64,000 nt of DNA, taken from a virus. Its lineage: Duplodnaviria > Caudoviricetes. This document shows, piece after piece, positions 60,349-64,000 of the stretch (position 1 is the first letter of the stretch; every line of letters begins with the position of its first letter). Under the pieces are notes generated by a model. The model was not told the DNA's origin. It saw nothing but the letters and a program-made list of their open reading frames with translations, and ran no database searches. Location: positions 32,001 through 96,000 of the IMG/VR virus record IMGVR_UViG_3300035208_002849. One strand, written 5' to 3'. Made by a program: the position numbers and the translations under genes.

Positions 60349-60382
60349 GTTGTCCTCGATAGAAAGTTAGTTTTTATTGTAC

Positions 60383-61390
60383 TCAATTACCACAATTCCA
60401 TTCGAGATCTCGAAGTTTTTGGTATAAATCAACTTCTTCTTCAGTTGGAGTGGTTGGCACCAATACATTAAATGATAAGAACAGTGCCCCATCTTTGATT
60501 CCCTGTTTGTTCAGCTTAATCTTGGCCCCTGAGCCAGTACATGGCGGTATTACCGCTTTTATATCTCGACCAAAGAACTTAAGATTCAATTCACGGCCTA
60601 GAACCAAATCAGATGGTGTAACATCAATCGATGTAAAAATATCATTACCGACACGTTCGAAATGGGAATCAGGAGTAACTTGTACATATACAATGATATC
60701 ACCATTCTGACCACCGTTTTTACCAGCACTTCCGAGACCACTTAAGGTAATGAATTCACCATCAGATATCCCAGCGGGTATTTTAATCTTAGTTTGTTTC
60801 GTATCTGGTAATGTTGTCTGGCCTTTACATAAAGTACAAGGAGTATCAATAACCAATCCGCTCCCATCACAAGTGTAACATGATTCGACTACAAGGCCAT
60901 CACCTGCAATGAAACTATCCTTACGTGCTACTCGGACTACACCCTTTCCATCACAAGTCGGACACTTTTTCTGAACACTAGCTCCAGTCCCATCACACAT
61001 AGGGCATTTTTTACGCCGGGAAATCTCAACTGTTTTCTCCACGCCAGTAATCGATTCATCAAAATTTATCTTAAAATTTACTCGTTGATCAGGACCTTTA
61101 CTTGGACCCTTGCGTCTGGCTTTCTGACCAAAATTCGCCGCTGTATTAGCTGCCCCAAATGCTTCCCCCCATCGTTTGAAATCATGGGAAAATGACATTT
61201 TATTGTCGTATTCCTTTCGTTTATCAGAATCGGACAATACTGCGTTAGCTTCGTTCACTTCTTTGAACTTATCTTCATCACCGGGATTTTTATCTGGGTG
61301 ATATTTAACAGCAAGTTTTTTATAAGCGGTTTTAATTTCAGCCTGTGTTGCACTGCGTTCTACACCAAGTATTCTGTAATAATCAATCAT
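60383..61390 (-). CDS. dnaJ: DnaJ chaperone (class A)
   Basis: J-domain with HPD, four CxxCxGxG-type repeats, C-terminal substrate domain. Confidence 0.92.
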   Translation of the reverse strand: MIDYYRILGVERSATQAEIKTAYKKLAVKYHPDKNPGDEDKFKEVNEANAVLSDSDKRKEYDNKMSFSHDFKRWGEAFGAANTAANFGQKARRKGPSKGPDQRVNFKINFDESITGVEKTVEISRRKKCPMCDGTGASVQKKCPTCDGKGVVRVARKDSFIAGDGLVVESCYTCDGSGLVIDTPCTLCKGQTTLPDTKQTKIKIPAGISDGEFITLSGLGSAGKNGGQNGDIIVYVQVTPDSHFERVGNDIFTSIDVTPSDLVLGRELNLKFFGRDIKAVIPPCTGSGAKIKLNKQGIKDGALFLSFNVLVPTTPTEEEVDLYQKLRDLEWNCGN

Positions 61391-61405
61391 ATGCTGAAAT
61401 ATAGA

Positions 61406-61900
61406 TTATAGCAAATCTACTTCTACCTTTTTCACACCTATGAAATCATTGATACGATCACGAACATCAGGGAAAAATAGGTTAAAAACAGGAATATTGA
61501 ATGATTCCGCTATCCGAATTCCGACTCCAGTTCCACCTGAAGCTTTACCATCGGGAGTATAACATATAACAAATTTCACAGGCGAATCAAGATTTTCACC
61601 TAATATTATCATACTGTTTCGACCATGCAACTTACGAGCGATGCTGTCACAATTATCCCAATATGGATGGAAATTGGCAGCTAGGTCAATTGCAAACTGA
61701 GTAGCATGTTTCGGACGAAATATTTGTTTGGCATCATCATACACAACACCATCTTCAAACGCTTTATCGGCTCCTTGAGCACCACCACTTCGAAGAACAT
61801 AATCCATGCTCTCCAATTTAGCAGCAACCTCTGTCATCATATTACTTATGAATAAGGGAGTCCGTCTGCGTGATCCGATCCCAGCGTAAATCTTAGCCAT
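61406..61900 (-). CDS. SLOG/DprA-like nucleotide-binding protein
   Basis: YAGIGSR..TP, LRSGGAQGAD.AFE, RN, ICYTPDG..GGTG. Confidence 0.75.
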   Translation of the reverse strand: MAKIYAGIGSRRRTPLFISNMMTEVAAKLESMDYVLRSGGAQGADKAFEDGVVYDDAKQIFRPKHATQFAIDLAANFHPYWDNCDSIARKLHGRNSMIILGENLDSPVKFVICYTPDGKASGGTGVGIRIAESFNIPVFNLFFPDVRDRINDFIGVKKVEVDLL

Positions 61901-61968
61901 AGAATAAATATAGCAAAAAACCCGCAAAATGAATAAACACTTTGCGGATTATAGCACATAAATTATTA

Positions 61969-62922
61969 TCAGTCCTGAGAACCTTTTTTATTCTCGTATG
62001 CAGCAAGCTTCTTTCGCATCTCTGCATTCTCTGCTTCAAGTCGAGCCATCTTTGTGTAATAGCTCTTTCCGATGCACCCAGCCTCTTGTTCACTGTAAGT
62101 ACGACCGAAGATAGCCCCTGTCTTCACAAAGCCCCGGAAACCATCTTTCTGAGCCTTTGTTGACCACATATCCCATTCATCGATCACATTATCCTGATAA
62201 TGATACAACCAGATCTTGGATTTAATCTCAGCGGGAAGAGTTTTCAAAGATTCGTAATGGGCATGAACGTTCGATGCAAATGGTGCGGTCTCGCAATCAT
62301 GGAAAATCACATCACATTCAGTCAGATATGCCATCATAGCATTCACGGGGCAATGCTGAGTATCAGTCGTAATGTAAACACGTTCTCCGGTGTCGGGATC
62401 ATTCCACATTAAACCGAAAGAGTTCTCGATTTTCCGATGGGCTGACACATGAACAGTCTGAACAATATCAAATTTGATACCTTCCCAGATGAAATGTCCA
62501 TTGGATTCAACTGCCTGAACATCCCAATAGGTATGCAATTGGGCATCGAGTTTTTCCAATCCACGACTACCAGCTTTCAGACAGTCATGCCACAAATCAT
62601 TCACCAGTCCAGATGAGAAGGCTTGACCTTCATTGTTGATGATATACTGACCCTGAACAAATAACTTTGGTCGAGGAATCGCTGGATTGAAATATGTGCA
62701 GTATTCGACTTCTTCAAGTCCATTCACATGATCGGCATGAATGTGACTTACGTATACAGCATCCAGATCCCATACGTTAAGTCCCATTTCTTCCTTCAAT
62801 GCAATTGAAGCAAAGCTACCACAGTCGATAAGAAGCCACTTTCCATTCTGATGAATAAGAAAATTGGATTGCCAGTTCTTTTTTGTGAAAGCATTACCGC
62901 TTCCGAGTACATACAGTTCCAT
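61969..62922 (-). CDS. Metallo-beta-lactamase-fold hydrolase, Apyc1-like (candidate anti-Pycsar cNMP phosphodiesterase)
   Basis: GSGNAFTKK, LIDCG, SHIHADHVNGLEEV, LW..CLKAG, TVHV, TTDT, FHDC, VHA, LYHYQDN. Confidence 0.7.
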   Translation of the reverse strand: MELYVLGSGNAFTKKNWQSNFLIHQNGKWLLIDCGSFASIALKEEMGLNVWDLDAVYVSHIHADHVNGLEEVEYCTYFNPAIPRPKLFVQGQYIINNEGQAFSSGLVNDLWHDCLKAGSRGLEKLDAQLHTYWDVQAVESNGHFIWEGIKFDIVQTVHVSAHRKIENSFGLMWNDPDTGERVYITTDTQHCPVNAMMAYLTECDVIFHDCETAPFASNVHAHYESLKTLPAEIKSKIWLYHYQDNVIDEWDMWSTKAQKDGFRGFVKTGAIFGRTYSEQEAGCIGKSYYTKMARLEAENAEMRKKLAAYENKKGSQD

Positions 62923-63020
62923 AGATTACCTCATTGATTATTATGGCCTTATGTATTACAATATAGGAAATAATTATCTTTTTGTTAAGTGACGTACATT
63001 ACACTTTGCTAAAAAGGTGA

Positions 63021-63992
63021 TTACTGACACATAGCTCGATACTTCTCGACTATGTGAGTTTCTTCGTCCGTCATGTCGGAAATCTTAGAATCTATCTGAC
63101 TTATGATGTATGCTAAAAACAAATGCCCGTCAGTTCGATATACTGCATCGAGGATTCCATCCAATTCAACTTTACCATCTTTTGGTATTATGTCATAGAC
63201 CGTGGTGTCAACATTTATTGTACCAGAACCTATCGAGATTACAGCAGAGAATGATAATTTCCCATCTCGATCAAATTCACGCACGATATCATCGAGTACA
63301 TTTACACCATCCTGCAATGCTTCTACATATGACTGAAGTCGTTTAAGTGGCATTCTACGAATGGTAGCAACTCGTTTTTTGTTCCACGTGAAACATTCTG
63401 TGTTGAGATATTCTGATGTATTTACCTTGGGATGATATAAATGAATGAGAGTTGTGTCATCGGAACTACGTCTAATGGGTGCCACGATCCGATTGCATTT
63501 GTCAACGAATGCATCATCCTCACCACCCCAGCCTTCAAATGATTCATCGAATCCACCAACTGAATTGAAAGTAGATCGAGTAAACAGATTCACTAACCCT
63601 GTATACCGATTAATGAAATGATCTTGGCTGACGGAAGCCTGTATCAATGGTTTTTCACTAAGAAGTCTACGAGTATGGGCTTCATTAAGGAAATTCACTT
63701 TAGAAAATGGAAAATAAATGCTTGTATCTTGGAGCTGAGACCTTAGATAATACGAACTCAACTGAGGAAGTATACAATCAGCGTCCGACATCATGATTAT
63801 GTCACTTTCGATGTATTCCCGAACGGCTGTATTGATTAAAAATGACTTATTGAACCTATCGCCCTCTACTTGAAGAGGATATACATGAAAATTTGCATTC
63901 GATTTGAATTCAACGAAGCATTCAGAGGTAAATTTGCTGTCTATAGGCACTTGTTCAACGACAACAACCTTACAATCAGTAAAATTTTTCAA
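63021..63992 (-). CDS. Glycosyltransferase (GT2/GT7-like); true start may lie beyond the window
   Basis: VVVEQ, FNKSFLIN, SDADC (DxD), GGFDESFEGWGGEDD, HLYH. Confidence 0.8.
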   Translation of the reverse strand: MKNFTDCKVVVVEQVPIDSKFTSECFVEFKSNANFHVYPLQVEGDRFNKSFLINTAVREYIESDIIMMSDADCILPQLSSYYLRSQLQDTSIYFPFSKVNFLNEAHTRRLLSEKPLIQASVSQDHFINRYTGLVNLFTRSTFNSVGGFDESFEGWGGEDDAFVDKCNRIVAPIRRSSDDTTLIHLYHPKVNTSEYLNTECFTWNKKRVATIRRMPLKRLQSYVEALQDGVNVLDDIVREFDRDGKLSFSAVISIGSGTINVDTTVYDIIPKDGKVELDGILDAVYRTDGHLFLAYIISQIDSKISDMTDEETHIVEKYRAMCQ

Positions 63993-64000
63993 ATAATTGC

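Noticed and set aside
1-64000. CRISPR array, tRNA or rRNA genes
   Set aside because: No regularly spaced repeats or cloverleaf/T-loop signatures seen in the short intergenic gaps (by eye only)
1-64000. Stop-codon recoding as in some jumbo phages
   Set aside because: Conserved genes are full length in the standard code, and TAA, TGA and TAG all end plausible genes

Overview
This 64 kb window is an AT-rich, densely coded segment of a large T4-like (jumbo-type) myophage genome, read in the standard genetic code. It holds a T4-style replication/recombination set (PolB gp43, clamp gp45, clamp loader gp44/gp62, helicase gp41, primase gp61, SSB gp32, UvsX, UvsY, gp47, gp33) and a contractile tail/baseplate set (gp18, gp19, gp25, gp26, gp5, gp53-like, hub and tape-measure-like proteins). 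It also has head-completion gp4, a probable small terminase, an amidase endolysin, dUTPase, DnaJ and about seven glycosylation-related genes. Highlights: (1) an intact IsrB + omegaRNA (OMEGA) element with no transposase sits between a phage late promoter/RBS and the next gene's ATG, so the promoter leader would become the guide and the ATGA start would act as both TAM and IsrB stop; (2) Acb1-like and Apyc1-like anti-defence nucleases are both present; (3) gp25 is a 1507-aa fusion and the sheath is 1085 aa, and both carry the same adhesin-like beta modules; (4) a TTATAAACT late-promoter motif occurs 15 times; (5) several late proteins share a ~30-aa motif. All protein calls come from motif recognition by eye; no database searches were run.
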